IMG/VR virus record: IMGVR_UViG_3300012153_000089
Coordinates: 1 to 64,000 of that record
DNA from: a virus
Lineage: Duplodnaviria > Heunggongvirae > Uroviricota > Caudoviricetes
Reading direction: 5' to 3' (one strand)
DNA: 64,000 bases
The position numbers and the translations under genes were made by a program. Shown piece after piece: positions 18,760 to 28,631 of this stretch. A model generated the notes under the pieces. That model was not told where the DNA came from and ran no database searches. It was given only the letters and a program-made list of their open reading frames with translations. Numbering within the stretch: the first letter of the stretch is position 1; the number at the start of each line of letters is the position of its first letter.

Positions 18760-19550
18760 ACTGCAATTGGAGCCTTAATGCCCGGATGATGCTGATAGTT
18801 CTCAAACTCAAAATCTTCAAACTTATAATTAAAAATAGAATCCGGTTTACGTTTGATTGTCAGCTTAGGTAACGCATAAGGTTCGCGCTCCATTTGAGTT
18901 TTTACCTGCTCAACATGGTTGGAATAGATGTGAACATCCCCACCAGACCAGATGAAATCACCCACCTCAAGGTCACATTGCTGGGCAATCATATGTGTCA
19001 GCAGCGCATAGCTGGCAATGTTAAATGGTAAACCGAGAAACGTATCCACGGAACGCATCGTAAGCATACATGATAATTTACCTTCTGCAACGTAAAACTG
19101 AAACGCGAAATGACAGGGTGGCAATTTCATATTATTGATCTCAGACACATTCCATGCGCTTACCAGATGACGGCGCGAATCCGGGTTGTTTTTAATCGAT
19201 TCAATAACCGCAGCGATTTGATCTACTCTCTCCCCGTTCGGTGCTTCCCATGAACGCCACTGTGAGCCATACACTGGCCCTAAGTCACCATTTTCATCTG
19301 CCCAATCATCCCAAATCTTCACACCATTTTCTTTCAGATAGGATATATTCGTATCTCCGCTCAAGAACCATAATAGTTCATGTATGACTGATTTCAGATG
19401 GATTCGTTTGGTTGTTACCAGCGGGAACCCTTCGGATAAATCATAACGGAGTTGTCTGCCAAATACAGATACTGTGCCAGTTCCAGTACGGTCTCCCTTG
19501 TGTACACCATTGACCATTATGTCTTGTATTAAATCGAGATAGTTTTTCAT
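18756..19550 (-). CDS. thyA: thymidylate synthase, ThyA type
   Basis: 264 aa, near-collinear with E. coli ThyA ([27 protein letters not shown] catalytic Cys, [10 protein letters not shown], ends PIAV). Resembles phage thyP3-type genes. Confidence 0.95.
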   Translation of the reverse strand: MKNYLDLIQDIMVNGVHKGDRTGTGTVSVFGRQLRYDLSEGFPLVTTKRIHLKSVIHELLWFLSGDTNISYLKENGVKIWDDWADENGDLGPVYGSQWRSWEAPNGERVDQIAAVIESIKNNPDSRRHLVSAWNVSEINNMKLPPCHFAFQFYVAEGKLSCMLTMRSVDTFLGLPFNIASYALLTHMIAQQCDLEVGDFIWSGGDVHIYSNHVEQVKTQMEREPYALPKLTIKRKPDSIFNYKFEDFEFENYQHHPGIKAPIAV

Positions 19551-19570
19551 GTTTATGTCTCCTTTAGTTA

Positions 19571-19600
19571 AATTAAAAAGGCAGTGGAATAACCACCGCC
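19571..19600 (-). terminator. rho-independent terminator (GGCGGUGG-uuauu-CCACUGCC followed by UUUUUAAUUU)
   Basis: 8-bp stem with one G.U pair, then a T-tract. Only ~20 nt before the thyA RBS, so thyA-dfrA is probably expressed by read-through or attenuation. Confidence 0.6.
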
Positions 19601-19607
19601 ATATATA

Positions 19608-20132
19608 TTAATTAAATCTCATTGTTCCCAAATCAATCTGACGCTTAATTTCTTCTTCAATCTTCGGTTCTGGTGCTTCCCATCCATCAGGTTTAATTAC
19701 TTTACCAACCCCATTGTAGCGAGGCAATCCGTCAGAGAAGAGTTTCTGCATGTTGGCATTATGCACAATGTCAAAAATCTCATCAGGAATAACTGATGTC
19801 TCAACTAGTCCACCTTCGGCAAAGTATTTAATGTCTATCAGCGCATCAACCTGTCCAATCAGACGATCTTCAGGAAATGGTTTCGTTAATTGCTTATCGT
19901 ATGTATCGTAAATTGAATTAATAAGATTGTGTACAAATTCATTGAACTTTAATTTGTCGCCATCGGATGATGCATATAGAAGTTCTACAACTTCTTCCAT
20001 GATAAAGTTAGCCCTATTTGTTACTAATTTATCATCCAGTGGTATCGGTACATCTGGTGCTGGACAATTGAATGCCTTTTGAAACTCTCTAACTTTTTCA
20101 AAGTTTGTTTTTTGCTTATTAGTGTCCGTCAT
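19608..20132 (-). CDS. all-alpha NTP pyrophosphohydrolase (MazG/HisE-like)
   Basis: 174 aa. EExxEL-type metal-binding motif (ANFIMEEVVELL) and a later acidic cluster (QVDALID). Confidence 0.5.
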   Translation of the reverse strand: MTDTNKQKTNFEKVREFQKAFNCPAPDVPIPLDDKLVTNRANFIMEEVVELLYASSDGDKLKFNEFVHNLINSIYDTYDKQLTKPFPEDRLIGQVDALIDIKYFAEGGLVETSVIPDEIFDIVHNANMQKLFSDGLPRYNGVGKVIKPDGWEAPEPKIEEEIKRQIDLGTMRFN

Positions 20133-20164
20133 ATGTAAGTTTATTGCTCCCTTAATTAGATATT

Positions 20165-21196
20165 TTACAAATCGTCAAATCCGTTATCATCGCCAACTTT
20201 ACCATAGTTGCGTGATTTAGCCTCAAAGAAATCGGTCTTAGTTGAATTCAAAGCTTCATCTGAAAATGGCTTAATCCAAGGCATACAGTTCACATCTACA
20301 CCTTCATACAACTTCTCCATACCCATCAACTTCAGACGTTTATTTGCAGTGTATTTGATGTAATCACTCAACTCATCCAGATCGATACTCTGAATGTCTT
20401 TTAGAGTATAATAACCCCAATTGGTTTCAAGTTTAACTGCTTGATCAATCGTGTTATACACATACTCCATGTTCTCAGATGTGTTCAGTTCAGGGAAGTC
20501 CACCAGCAACTGTTTGTACACTTCAGCGAAGAAGTAGCAGTGTTGGTTTTCATCTCTTTGGATATAAGAGACCATCTGACTAGTCGCCATCATTTTCTGA
20601 TCACGAGCCAGATTGTAGAAAAATGCAAAGGTACTGTAGAAGAAGATGCCTTCAAGAATCAAATCAGCAACCATTGACTTAAAGAATGTTTGTGGATTAG
20701 GATTGTCTCGAAACTCTTGATAAATATCTGAAATAAATTGATTACGCTCAAGCAATACAGGATCATGCTTCCAGTACTCGAAGATTTCTTTCTGCTCTTG
20801 ATCAGACACAATTGAGGATAGAACATAGGAATAAGACTGATTATGTACAACTTCTTGTTGCCCAATGATTGCAGAGATTGCTTCCAATGATGAATCTGTA
20901 AAATACCTTTTTACATCACCAACAAACATTGTTTGCATTGAGTCCAATACTGCAAGCAGAGAAATGTTAATTTTGAATGTGTCCTGTTCAACTTTACTAA
21001 GTTGAGTAAATTGGGAAGCGTCTTTAGACATGGGAATCTCGTCTGCAATCCAATGATTGAGTAGCAATACTTTGTATAGTTTATACATGTGGGGCATTCG
21101 AATATCATTCCAGTTAAGAATACCCGAACTTTCCCCCTCAATAATACGTGTTGACTTATTTGGTGCTTCTGTGTTAAAAATTTTCTGAATTTTCAA
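20165..21196 (-). CDS. nrdF: ribonucleotide reductase class Ib small subunit NrdF
   Basis: ferritin-like R2 subunit ending in acidic DDL tail. The ORF track calls TTG at 21244, overlapping nrdE. A better start is TTG at 21196 preceded by AAGGAGA at 8 nt. Confidence 0.9.
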   Translation of the reverse strand: MKIQKIFNTEAPNKSTRIIEGESSGILNWNDIRMPHMYKLYKVLLLNHWIADEIPMSKDASQFTQLSKVEQDTFKINISLLAVLDSMQTMFVGDVKRYFTDSSLEAISAIIGQQEVVHNQSYSYVLSSIVSDQEQKEIFEYWKHDPVLLERNQFISDIYQEFRDNPNPQTFFKSMVADLILEGIFFYSTFAFFYNLARDQKMMATSQMVSYIQRDENQHCYFFAEVYKQLLVDFPELNTSENMEYVYNTIDQAVKLETNWGYYTLKDIQSIDLDELSDYIKYTANKRLKLMGMEKLYEGVDVNCMPWIKPFSDEALNSTKTDFFEAKSRNYGKVGDDNGFDDL

Positions 21197-21215
21197 GTAT
21201 GTATTCTCCTTATAT

Positions 21216-23546
21216 TTAACTAGCGCATGACTCGCAACCTTCAATTGTTAAAGCTTGACTTCTAATATAATAAGTAGCTTTCATGCCAGCTTTCCAAGCA
21301 TGAAGGTGTAATTCTAGGAACTCAGTTGCTTTGATATCCGGGCGAACATACAGATTGAAACTTTGACCTTGGTCAATGTGTCGCTGACGAGCTGCTGCCA
21401 TATCAATACTAGAGTGCTGATCAACGTTAAAAGCTGTCTTATAAAACCATATTGTTTTTTCACTTAAATCTGGTGCTGGATTAGCAATCTTATATGTAGT
21501 TTTTTCTTCATATGAAATCAATTCATATAGTGGATCAATAGATGCGGTTGAGCCAGCAATAATTGATGTAGATCCATTAGGAGCAATGGCAAACATCCAC
21601 GCATTACGTACTCCATTTTCTCTGACCTGAGATTGTAGCTGCTTCCACATGTCAGTGGTTACAAATTTACCTTCTCTGTTGCCAGAAACATAATCGCGCT
21701 TAACAAAGTATTCACCTGTGTCCCAGTCGGAACCTTTGAATTTAGGATAATGTCCTTTTTCCTTGGACAGCTCCATACTGGCTTTCACGAGCAAATAGTT
21801 AATTTTTTCATACAAGTTATCGTTATAAGTGACTGCTTCTTCCGATTCCCAACGAATGCCTTCAAGAGCAAGCAGGTGATGGAGTCCGAATGTTCCCAGA
21901 CCAATGGCTCTATATTGTGCATTTGTATATTGAGCTTGCAACACATCGATATTATTGATATCAATTACATTGTCTAGCAAACGAGTTTGAATTGGAACAA
22001 GTCGTTCAAGAACATTGTCTGGCACTGCTCTAGACAGATTAATTGAATTGAGATTACAAACAACAAAGTCGCCGGGAATTTTAGAGACAATAATACGAGT
22101 TTGACCGTCTTTAGTTACCAACTCTTCTTTTTCAATCACAGTAGGGGATTGATTCTGCATAATCTCTGTACAAAGATTCGAAGAAAATATCATTCCATGT
22201 ACACTGTTAGTGTTTGCGCGATTCACTGTATCACGATAGAACATATATGGTGTTCCAGTCTCTAATTGAGATTTCATTACACGCTTCATAATATCAATTG
22301 CCTGAACAGTGATTCTCTGTAGTAAAGGATGATTTACTGCTTCTTCATATTTTTCTCTGAAGGTTCCTCTGCCCAATTCCTCGTCATAGAAGTCTTCCAA
22401 TCCAAGTGATCGTCCATCGCTATCTTTCCAACCCATAATAGACTTTACTTCATGTGGACAGAACAGACTCCATTCTCCTCGACTCTCAACTCTTTCCATG
22501 AACAAATCAGGAAGGCAGACACCATGGAAGATGTCGTGTGCTCTCATTCGTTCATCGCCATTATTGAGTTTCAGATCAAGAAAAGCTAAAATGTCACGAT
22601 GGAACACATCTAAGTAAACCGCTACAGCGCCTTTGCGGGTTCCTAATTGGTCAACACTCACAGCAGTATTATTTAGTTGGCGAATCCAAGGTACTACCCC
22701 TGAACTGGTGTTTTTGTGACCACGAATATCAGATCCTCTAGCTCGAACTTTGCCTAGATAAACTCCAATTCCTCCACCAGTTTTACTAAGTCGTGCTACA
22801 TCTGTATTAGAGTCAAAGATACCCTCCAGTGAATCATCTACTGTATCAATAAAACAACTAGACAATTGACCAGCAACCTTTTTACCAGCATTGGATAGTG
22901 TAGGTGTAGCAGCCGTCATATATAGATTACTCATAGCCCAATAAGCGTCTTTGACTAGATCCATACGTTTGTCTTCAGGTTCTTTGTGCATCAAGTACAT
23001 TGCGATAACCATATATCTCTGTTGTGGAAGTTCCATTAGTTTCCCATCAAAATCATGTGTCAAGTATCGCTCTGTTAGAGTAAGTAATCCAATGTAATCG
23101 AACAGTAAATCATGTTCTGGATTTATGTATTCACCTAGTTCTTCAATTTGTTCCTTTGAATAGCACGAGAGTAGTTCTTCCCTGAAGATCCCCTTTTCGA
23201 CCAATGTTTGAATCAGAGGATAAAACGAACCGTATGGCTCATCAACATAGGACTTATATTTCCGATTGTTTGCGGCCTTTTTGTAGAGCTTTGTCAGTAG
23301 TCCTCTTGCAGCAACAAACTTCCAGTCTGATTCTTCTTTCGTGATCAAATCTAGAGCTGTCATCGAGAATGCTTCACTGATCTCTTCCGCTGTTACCTCG
23401 TCACGTCTTAGTTTACTATTAACACCTTTGACTAACTTTGCCTTATCTAATTCAAATCCACTCATTACTCTATCTGCATATGTATTAATTCTGTTCTCAT
23501 CAAACGCTAGTTGTCTATTATTCGGTTTGTTTACTAATCGGGGCAT
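21216..23546 (-). CDS. nrdE: ribonucleotide reductase class Ib large subunit NrdE
   Basis: NrdE motifs PTLSNAG, LSSCFI, NLCTEI, C-terminal CESCAS. The ORF track calls TTG at 23564. The ATG at 23546 has an AAAGTGAGGA SD. Confidence 0.9.
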   Translation of the reverse strand: MPRLVNKPNNRQLAFDENRINTYADRVMSGFELDKAKLVKGVNSKLRRDEVTAEEISEAFSMTALDLITKEESDWKFVAARGLLTKLYKKAANNRKYKSYVDEPYGSFYPLIQTLVEKGIFREELLSCYSKEQIEELGEYINPEHDLLFDYIGLLTLTERYLTHDFDGKLMELPQQRYMVIAMYLMHKEPEDKRMDLVKDAYWAMSNLYMTAATPTLSNAGKKVAGQLSSCFIDTVDDSLEGIFDSNTDVARLSKTGGGIGVYLGKVRARGSDIRGHKNTSSGVVPWIRQLNNTAVSVDQLGTRKGAVAVYLDVFHRDILAFLDLKLNNGDERMRAHDIFHGVCLPDLFMERVESRGEWSLFCPHEVKSIMGWKDSDGRSLGLEDFYDEELGRGTFREKYEEAVNHPLLQRITVQAIDIMKRVMKSQLETGTPYMFYRDTVNRANTNSVHGMIFSSNLCTEIMQNQSPTVIEKEELVTKDGQTRIIVSKIPGDFVVCNLNSINLSRAVPDNVLERLVPIQTRLLDNVIDINNIDVLQAQYTNAQYRAIGLGTFGLHHLLALEGIRWESEEAVTYNDNLYEKINYLLVKASMELSKEKGHYPKFKGSDWDTGEYFVKRDYVSGNREGKFVTTDMWKQLQSQVRENGVRNAWMFAIAPNGSTSIIAGSTASIDPLYELISYEEKTTYKIANPAPDLSEKTIWFYKTAFNVDQHSSIDMAAARQRHIDQGQSFNLYVRPDIKATEFLELHLHAWKAGMKATYYIRSQALTIEGCESCAS

Positions 23547-23597
23547 TAAAATCCTCACTTTCAAATGTCTCTATCTTTGTAAAAGAACTATTTTGTA

Positions 23598-23837
23598 TTA
23601 ATAGTCAATACTTATTACTGACAACCTATCGCCAACATCCATCACATATCCTTGCTTAAAGAATCGTCCAATAGCATACTCTACAGCTACTTTCTTCATC
23701 TCATTAATTGTGATTTCATTGTCTCCTACCATCTCAACACAATCTTCTTCGTCTACATTGACTGAAAACTCAACCTCTTCTGTATCATTCTTGGCAAACT
23801 TACGTTCTAGTGTTACTTCAAACTGCACCATCATCAC
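23598..23837 (-). CDS. hypothetical acidic protein (79 aa)
   Basis: upstream of nrdE. It is not NrdI or NrdH (no flavodoxin fold, no CxxC). Confidence 0.45.
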   Translation of the reverse strand: MMMVQFEVTLERKFAKNDTEEVEFSVNVDEEDCVEMVGDNEITINEMKKVAVEYAIGRFFKQGYVMDVGDRLSVISIDY

Positions 23838-23864
23838 CTCCTTGAATTAGTCACTATTGATCTA

Positions 23865-24041
23865 ATCAACTCTATAATGGAACTTACCAATTGTGAGATT
23901 GTATTTTCCGAGATATAAACATATGTATGATTCTCTTTCGTTTTCTCCCCACTCATCATTAGTGTTGAAATTCATACCAATAAGAAAGGTTCCTTTATCG
24001 TAACAATGCCATTCAGATCTCCATCCAAACTTTGAGTACAT
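23865..24041 (-). CDS. small hypothetical protein (58 aa, below cutoff)
   Basis: ATG with GGAG SD. Coordinates approximate. Confidence 0.35.
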
Positions 24042-24061
24042 TTTGACAACTCCTATGTATT

Positions 24062-24310
24062 TTACTTACTCGATCTGGTGTGAAACACTACTCGGCTAAA
24101 CTCATTCCAAGCGTTACTCCACACCTCTTCTCCGTACTTGTCATATTCCTTAAACTGCTCTCTTCCTATATACTGCTTCAACTTCTTGCTTACATAACTA
24201 TCTTCGTGTAATTTAACTTCATTATCTGTGTCGACATCTTCTTTAAAACATTCAATCAACACTCTGGATAGGCTCAAAGTTGCTTCGTTTAATTGTGCTA
24301 CCTTTTCCAC
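24062..24310 (-). CDS. hypothetical protein (82 aa)
   Basis: packed ORF. Confidence 0.45.
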   Translation of the reverse strand: MEKVAQLNEATLSLSRVLIECFKEDVDTDNEVKLHEDSYVSKKLKQYIGREQFKEYDKYGEEVWSNAWNEFSRVVFHTRSSK

Positions 24311-24492
24311 CCCTTATCCTTCATTTTTTGCATTGCTAAGAATGTTTTTACTTCAAAATACTCTTTAACTGATTGTTCCATATTGTTTGTTTTGAGATGT
24401 TGTCGATCAATAGCCATATTCAAAGCTTCCAAACTTTTGTTTAACTTATCTAGCGAATCCTGAAGCTTACTATTTCTATTCATCTTCAACAC
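24298..24492 (-). CDS. hypothetical protein (61-64 aa)
   Basis: downstream of promoter copy 3. AGAGGTG SD before the internal ATG. Confidence 0.45.
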   Translation of the reverse strand: MLKMNRNSKLQDSLDKLNKSLEALNMAIDRQHLKTNNMEQSVKEYFEVKTFLAMQKMKDKGWKR

Positions 24493-24519
24493 CTCTTCTT
24501 AGTTGTTGTCTACTTCTTT

Positions 24520-24565
24520 AGTATATTTCACAATAAATTATTAGTCAATGTTATTTTATCATTTA
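24520..24565 (-). promoter_or_regulatory. conserved element plus sigma-A promoter (TTGACT-17-TATACT), copy 3
   Basis: plus-strand CAATGTTATTTTATCATT, immediately 3' of the 24574 gene stop. Confidence 0.55.
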
Positions 24566-24573
24566 TAAATTAT

Positions 24574-24954
24574 TTATTCTCTTGGTGATAGATTAAATTT
24601 AATACTACCAAACAATGTACTATTTGCGCTCCCGGTAAAGTTATCCAATACATGCTCATTCTCTTTGTCTGTGTGTTCAATAATCAATACATTGTACTTC
24701 TCATCATAATGCATACCACCCAATTTAAACTGTACGGGAATATTCTGTGATGAAGCTGCTGTTGTGATTGCTTGAACCAGATCTGACTCATGTTTCTCTC
24801 TAATTGTCTTATATGTCCCAGAAGGTAGGGTAAGTGTATATGCAGTACCATCAACACTGAATGTGAAAATATTGTTACTAGTTGTAATTGTGACCTGCTT
24901 ATTGATGTCAACAGATCCCCACACTTGTTGTCCATATTTAGCTATTATGTCCAT
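24574..24954 (-). CDS. hypothetical protein (126 aa)
   Basis: packed ORF. Confidence 0.5.
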   Translation of the reverse strand: MDIIAKYGQQVWGSVDINKQVTITTSNNIFTFSVDGTAYTLTLPSGTYKTIREKHESDLVQAITTAASSQNIPVQFKLGGMHYDEKYNVLIIEHTDKENEHVLDNFTGSANSTLFGSIKFNLSPRE

Positions 24955-25030
24955 CTCCTCTATTGATTTTATGTATTTAGTTTATTTTAGTTCTATTTGT
25001 CTCTAACCAATTCTAAATAAAAGGTACATT

Positions 25031-25678
25031 TCACTGAATTTTCTCAACTAAAACTCCACGCTGTTCTATACGATAATTCCCAAAATTTGAATTAAGGGCA
25101 ATCTTATATATTTCTCCATCTATGTATGCATCAAATAAAGGGTACATTTTTATACCGCCAAATAACTCCATTACTATAGTGTTGGGATTTAATATGCTAT
25201 ATTCAGTTTTAATCTCGAATTCGGTCGTTATGTATTGATGATTTTCATAACAATAAAAGTCGCCAACATCTACGCTTTCCAACCTGAAGCATTTAAACTC
25301 ACCTAAGCCAGCCTTTTGGAGCTCTTTCGATAACTCATCTATTGTGTACATACTATATTTTTTAGGCTTCTTGGCATATTCCTGTTCCAATCTTCTCGCC
25401 TTTTTTAATGCCTCTTCCCTTACAATATCTTCTCTAGAGTACTCTTTAAGATGGAAGCTTGTAATTGTTGAAGGAACCTTAAAACCATACTCTTCTGCTA
25501 AAAACTGACTCAGTTCTTTAGGGCTATTAACTCTTTGTTTTTCCTCAATAATTTTCTTACACATTAATTCGAATTCTTCAGTAGAATATTTCTGATCTGA
25601 AACCATGTAATAATCATCATAGTCGATATCCCATATACCGCAGCTTACATTATACAAATATAGTTCGCTCAAATTCAT
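25031..25678 (-). CDS. hypothetical protein (215 aa)
   Basis: packed ORF. Confidence 0.5.
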   Translation of the reverse strand: MNLSELYLYNVSCGIWDIDYDDYYMVSDQKYSTEEFELMCKKIIEEKQRVNSPKELSQFLAEEYGFKVPSTITSFHLKEYSREDIVREEALKKARRLEQEYAKKPKKYSMYTIDELSKELQKAGLGEFKCFRLESVDVGDFYCYENHQYITTEFEIKTEYSILNPNTIVMELFGGIKMYPLFDAYIDGEIYKIALNSNFGNYRIEQRGVLVEKIQ

Positions 25679-25703
25679 TTCACCTCTCTATCAAATGTGC
25701 ATT

Positions 25704-25907
25704 TCATTCAGAATCTTCATCCTCTACTTGAATTAAGGATTCAATATATCTGTCAGATACCTCAATCAACTCACTCCAGTGACCATCCTTATTGTCTTTC
25801 AGAAAATCATTTCTGGTTCCAATCAAAACAGCAGTTGCAGACATACCACTTTCTCTTAATGCTTGAATAAGAGCAAATTCCTCTTGATTGTAATCGCATG
25901 TAATCAT
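25704..25907 (-). CDS. hypothetical protein (67 aa)
   Basis: packed ORF. Confidence 0.4.
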   Translation of the reverse strand: MITCDYNQEEFALIQALRESGMSATAVLIGTRNDFLKDNKDGHWSELIEVSDRYIESLIQVEDEDSE

Positions 25908-25918
25908 TTATGTATCTC

Positions 25919-26134
25919 CTATACCTCATATCGTTTGACTGTTTCTTTAACATGAGTAACTTCAAAAGTATCAAATCCTGAACGTTTCACTTCTTTGGCA
26001 ATGATATTGGGAGATGGCAAACTCTCATGGTGTGTCTTGATAACCTTTGCCTGATAACCATTTAAAGCAACATCTTCAGCATTCATCATTTCTAGTACAT
26101 AGTACTCTTCTGTTGCTACATCGTATGGTTTCAC
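25919..26134 (-). CDS. hypothetical protein (71 aa)
   Basis: packed ORF. Confidence 0.4.
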   Translation of the reverse strand: MKPYDVATEEYYVLEMMNAEDVALNGYQAKVIKTHHESLPSPNIIAKEVKRSGFDTFEVTHVKETVKRYEV

Positions 26135-26145
26135 ATAATCCCCCC

Positions 26146-26352
26146 CTATTCGTTACGTGCAATTCCAGCATTAGCCCAGAATACGACTTGTTCAAGATTT
26201 GTCATTGCCAATGATTTCTCACGACTATTTGGGACTGATTCTTCCAAAAGATATGCCAATTCTTTTGCTGCATTTCGGATTTGTTCATACTTTTGAGGCT
26301 GTCCTTCTTTTGGAGAATGGTAAGAAAAGTTGTTTTCAATTTGTGGATTCAT
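26146..26352 (-). CDS. hypothetical protein (68 aa)
   Basis: packed ORF. Confidence 0.4.
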   Translation of the reverse strand: MNPQIENNFSYHSPKEGQPQKYEQIRNAAKELAYLLEESVPNSREKSLAMTNLEQVVFWANAGIARNE

Positions 26353-26384
26353 ATGTATATCTCCCTTATGTTTATTATTATGAA

Positions 26385-26537
26385 ATTAAACTGCTTCACC
26401 TAAGTCTTTGAGTTCTTGTTTAATCGCATCTAAATCATCTTCAGCTTCTTCAATGCGGCGTTCATATGCTCTAATTGCATCCTGTAAATCATAGTATTGA
26501 TCCCATAACTCATCGATTTTGATTTCTTCATTTGTCA
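26385..26537 (-). CDS. small hypothetical coiled-coil protein (about 50 aa, below cutoff)
   Basis: ATG with GGGGGA SD. Coordinates approximate. Confidence 0.35.
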
Positions 26538-26609
26538 TATTTAAATCCCCCATATTCTTGATAAAATTTGACTTTCACGGACATTTTCACTTCCAAAAAC
26601 CCTTATGTA

Positions 26610-26990
26610 TCAACGTTTTTCTGACTTCTCTTTATGACAATATTTACAAATCATATTATCTTCTTCTGTTGAGTACATTTCTTCTCCTGCGTATCTATCT
26701 TCACAAACTTGGCAGTCGTATTTAATATAATGTAGTGGATTATATCCAGACCAAGTTTCCCCTAAATGTTCTGCAACCTGAGTAACAGAGTTTGAGTCAA
26801 TATCAATCTTTGTAATTTCTCCTTCTTCGATGGTTCCATATACTTCACTATGCTTTCCAAGGATCTCACCAAAGTACGCTTCTTTCCCAATCGCATACTC
26901 AACTTCGCTTTCAGTAGCAACAAACAATCCTTCAACTTCACCTTGACGACCACAATCCCAATTAAACTTGTATAGATACTTTTCTTCCAT
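26610..26990 (-). CDS. hypothetical Cys-rich protein (126 aa)
   Basis: CQVCED...CKYCH. Confidence 0.5.
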   Translation of the reverse strand: MEEKYLYKFNWDCGRQGEVEGLFVATESEVEYAIGKEAYFGEILGKHSEVYGTIEEGEITKIDIDSNSVTQVAEHLGETWSGYNPLHYIKYDCQVCEDRYAGEEMYSTEEDNMICKYCHKEKSEKR

Positions 26991-27012
26991 TTACTCCACC
27001 TCTGCTATGTAT

Positions 27013-27408
27013 TTAGATAGTTTCAATATTGATTCCTAAGTTCTTAGCCACTTCAACTACATCTGTACTTACTTTCTCTTTCACTAAATCCCATCCGTAC
27101 AATGTCACACCATAATATGCGTCTGAGACATCTGCTTCTTCATCGTGAATGTTTCCACGTAGCCTAATCATTTTCTCTTTAAATGTCTCCTGCCCAATCA
27201 CGTTGAACTCATTATCATAAACATCAAAGATTTCTTCATCTGCTTCGTGATAGCTATATCCACTGTAGATACTATTGTCATTAATTCTCGGTTCAGATTT
27301 CAACCACTTATATACTTCTTCATCTGAAGCTGCAAATAAATATGTAACAATTCCTTCTTCGCTACCTTTAGGTGCAAAGTGTTCAAACTTAATCTTGTAC
27401 AGGTTCAC
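27013..27408 (-). CDS. hypothetical protein (131 aa)
   Basis: packed ORF. Confidence 0.5.
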   Translation of the reverse strand: MNLYKIKFEHFAPKGSEEGIVTYLFAASDEEVYKWLKSEPRINDNSIYSGYSYHEADEEIFDVYDNEFNVIGQETFKEKMIRLRGNIHDEEADVSDAYYGVTLYGWDLVKEKVSTDVVEVAKNLGINIETI

Positions 27409-27443
27409 TCATTTTTCTCCTTTCTTTTGAAATACGCCTTTCA

Positions 27444-27728
27444 TCAACCTTCAAAATAACCAACAACTTCATATGATGCATTCATGTTGCTAAACGTCAG
27501 TGGCACTATACCATACAATTCTGAGCCATCTTCGTTGCAGTAACTTACTGCTCCTGAATCGCGCACTATGTACCATTCTTCATTGGCAAAACAAGCTTTG
27601 GCTATTTGATGATCTTTGAGAGTACCCAATAACTGTTCGAACCTCATTCTGCTTTCTACTTTTTTGTTAAACAATAAATACTCATTTTTATTGTTTTCTA
27701 TGTATTTCATTGTCTCTTTAATGCCCAC
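27444..27728 (-). CDS. hypothetical protein (94 aa)
   Basis: packed ORF. Confidence 0.5.
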   Translation of the reverse strand: MGIKETMKYIENNKNEYLLFNKKVESRMRFEQLLGTLKDHQIAKACFANEEWYIVRDSGAVSYCNEDGSELYGIVPLTFSNMNASYEVVGYFEG

Positions 27729-27758
27729 TCATTTACCTCCTACCTATTAGAAATCCAT

Positions 27759-28205
27759 CTACCGACAAATGTCCAGATACTTCTTGATAAAGTCAATAAG
27801 TACATCAACGTCTTTCTCTGTTGTTTGTTCATTAATTACGAATTTATCAACGTCAATAAATTTACTGTAATCTCCACCACCATGATATTCATCTGCAACC
27901 AAAATTTTTAATTGAAGATTGTTGGTTATCTTGAGCAGGTGAATATCGCTACCTTCTGAGATTGGGAAGTCAATCTCACGTTTGTCGATTTTATTTTCTT
28001 CTATGTACTCATTAATGGAATAAAGCACATCTTCCGATGTTTCCTCGTTAAAGTAGGAATTATATCCGGGCATTTTATCTCTAAAGTAGGCGCTAAGCTT
28101 ATTATTCAGTTCAGTACGATTTCGTTCTACTGTTCCATCCATTGAAGCAACAAAACCAGCATTTTCAGCTTCCCGTAGATAATACCAATCGGCATATTTT
28201 TTCAT
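27759..28205 (-). CDS. hypothetical protein (148 aa)
   Basis: packed ORF. Confidence 0.5.
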   Translation of the reverse strand: MKKYADWYYLREAENAGFVASMDGTVERNRTELNNKLSAYFRDKMPGYNSYFNEETSEDVLYSINEYIEENKIDKREIDFPISEGSDIHLLKITNNLQLKILVADEYHGGGDYSKFIDVDKFVINEQTTEKDVDVLIDFIKKYLDICR

Positions 28206-28249
28206 TTACATTTTCCTCTCTTTATGAAATCTCACATTTATCAAATTAG

Positions 28250-28582
28250 TTATGTAGTTAAAAGAAAAGTAATTTTTAACGGTATATCTTCCAAATCGTC
28301 AGAGTATCCAAATCCAACTGCTGGACAATATGATTTAAACACATATGACTCATTCTCGTAGGTTATTAGCTCTAAATTTACTGTACTATTTTTTATGTCA
28401 GCAAAAACGTTTCCCACATCGCCACATAGCTGCTCACCGGGAAAATATAGAGAAATTGATCCGTTACTAGTATCACTCATTTCTTTTACTAATACGTCAT
28501 TGTATGAAGCTAGAATCACTTTTTCATTAGGTAATATCTTATTCTCTTTCATGATAAATACTTGTGCTCTCTTAAAATTCAT
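28250..28582 (-). CDS. hypothetical protein (110 aa)
   Basis: packed ORF. Confidence 0.5.
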   Translation of the reverse strand: MNFKRAQVFIMKENKILPNEKVILASYNDVLVKEMSDTSNGSISLYFPGEQLCGDVGNVFADIKNSTVNLELITYENESYVFKSYCPAVGFGYSDDLEDIPLKITFLLTT

Positions 28583-28631
28583 TTTAGTTGCCTCTTTTCT
28601 TGATCAAATATATCTTCACAAGGTTTACTAC

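Noticed and set aside
20441-21141. ORFs 20441..20677 (+), 20659..20865 (-) and 20911..21141 (-) within nrdF
   Set aside because: They are out of frame or antisense to the conserved NrdF reading frame.
21216-23564. Possible intein or group I intron in nrdE, suggested by 782 aa versus about 700 aa typical
   Set aside because: The extra length is an N-terminal extension caused by calling a TTG start. The NrdE motifs are collinear and uninterrupted, and no HNH, LAGLIDADG or GIY-YIG ORF is nearby.
24684-26953. Internal same-strand ORFs 24684..24935 and 26762..26953
   Set aside because: They lie entirely inside longer, better-supported ORFs in another frame.
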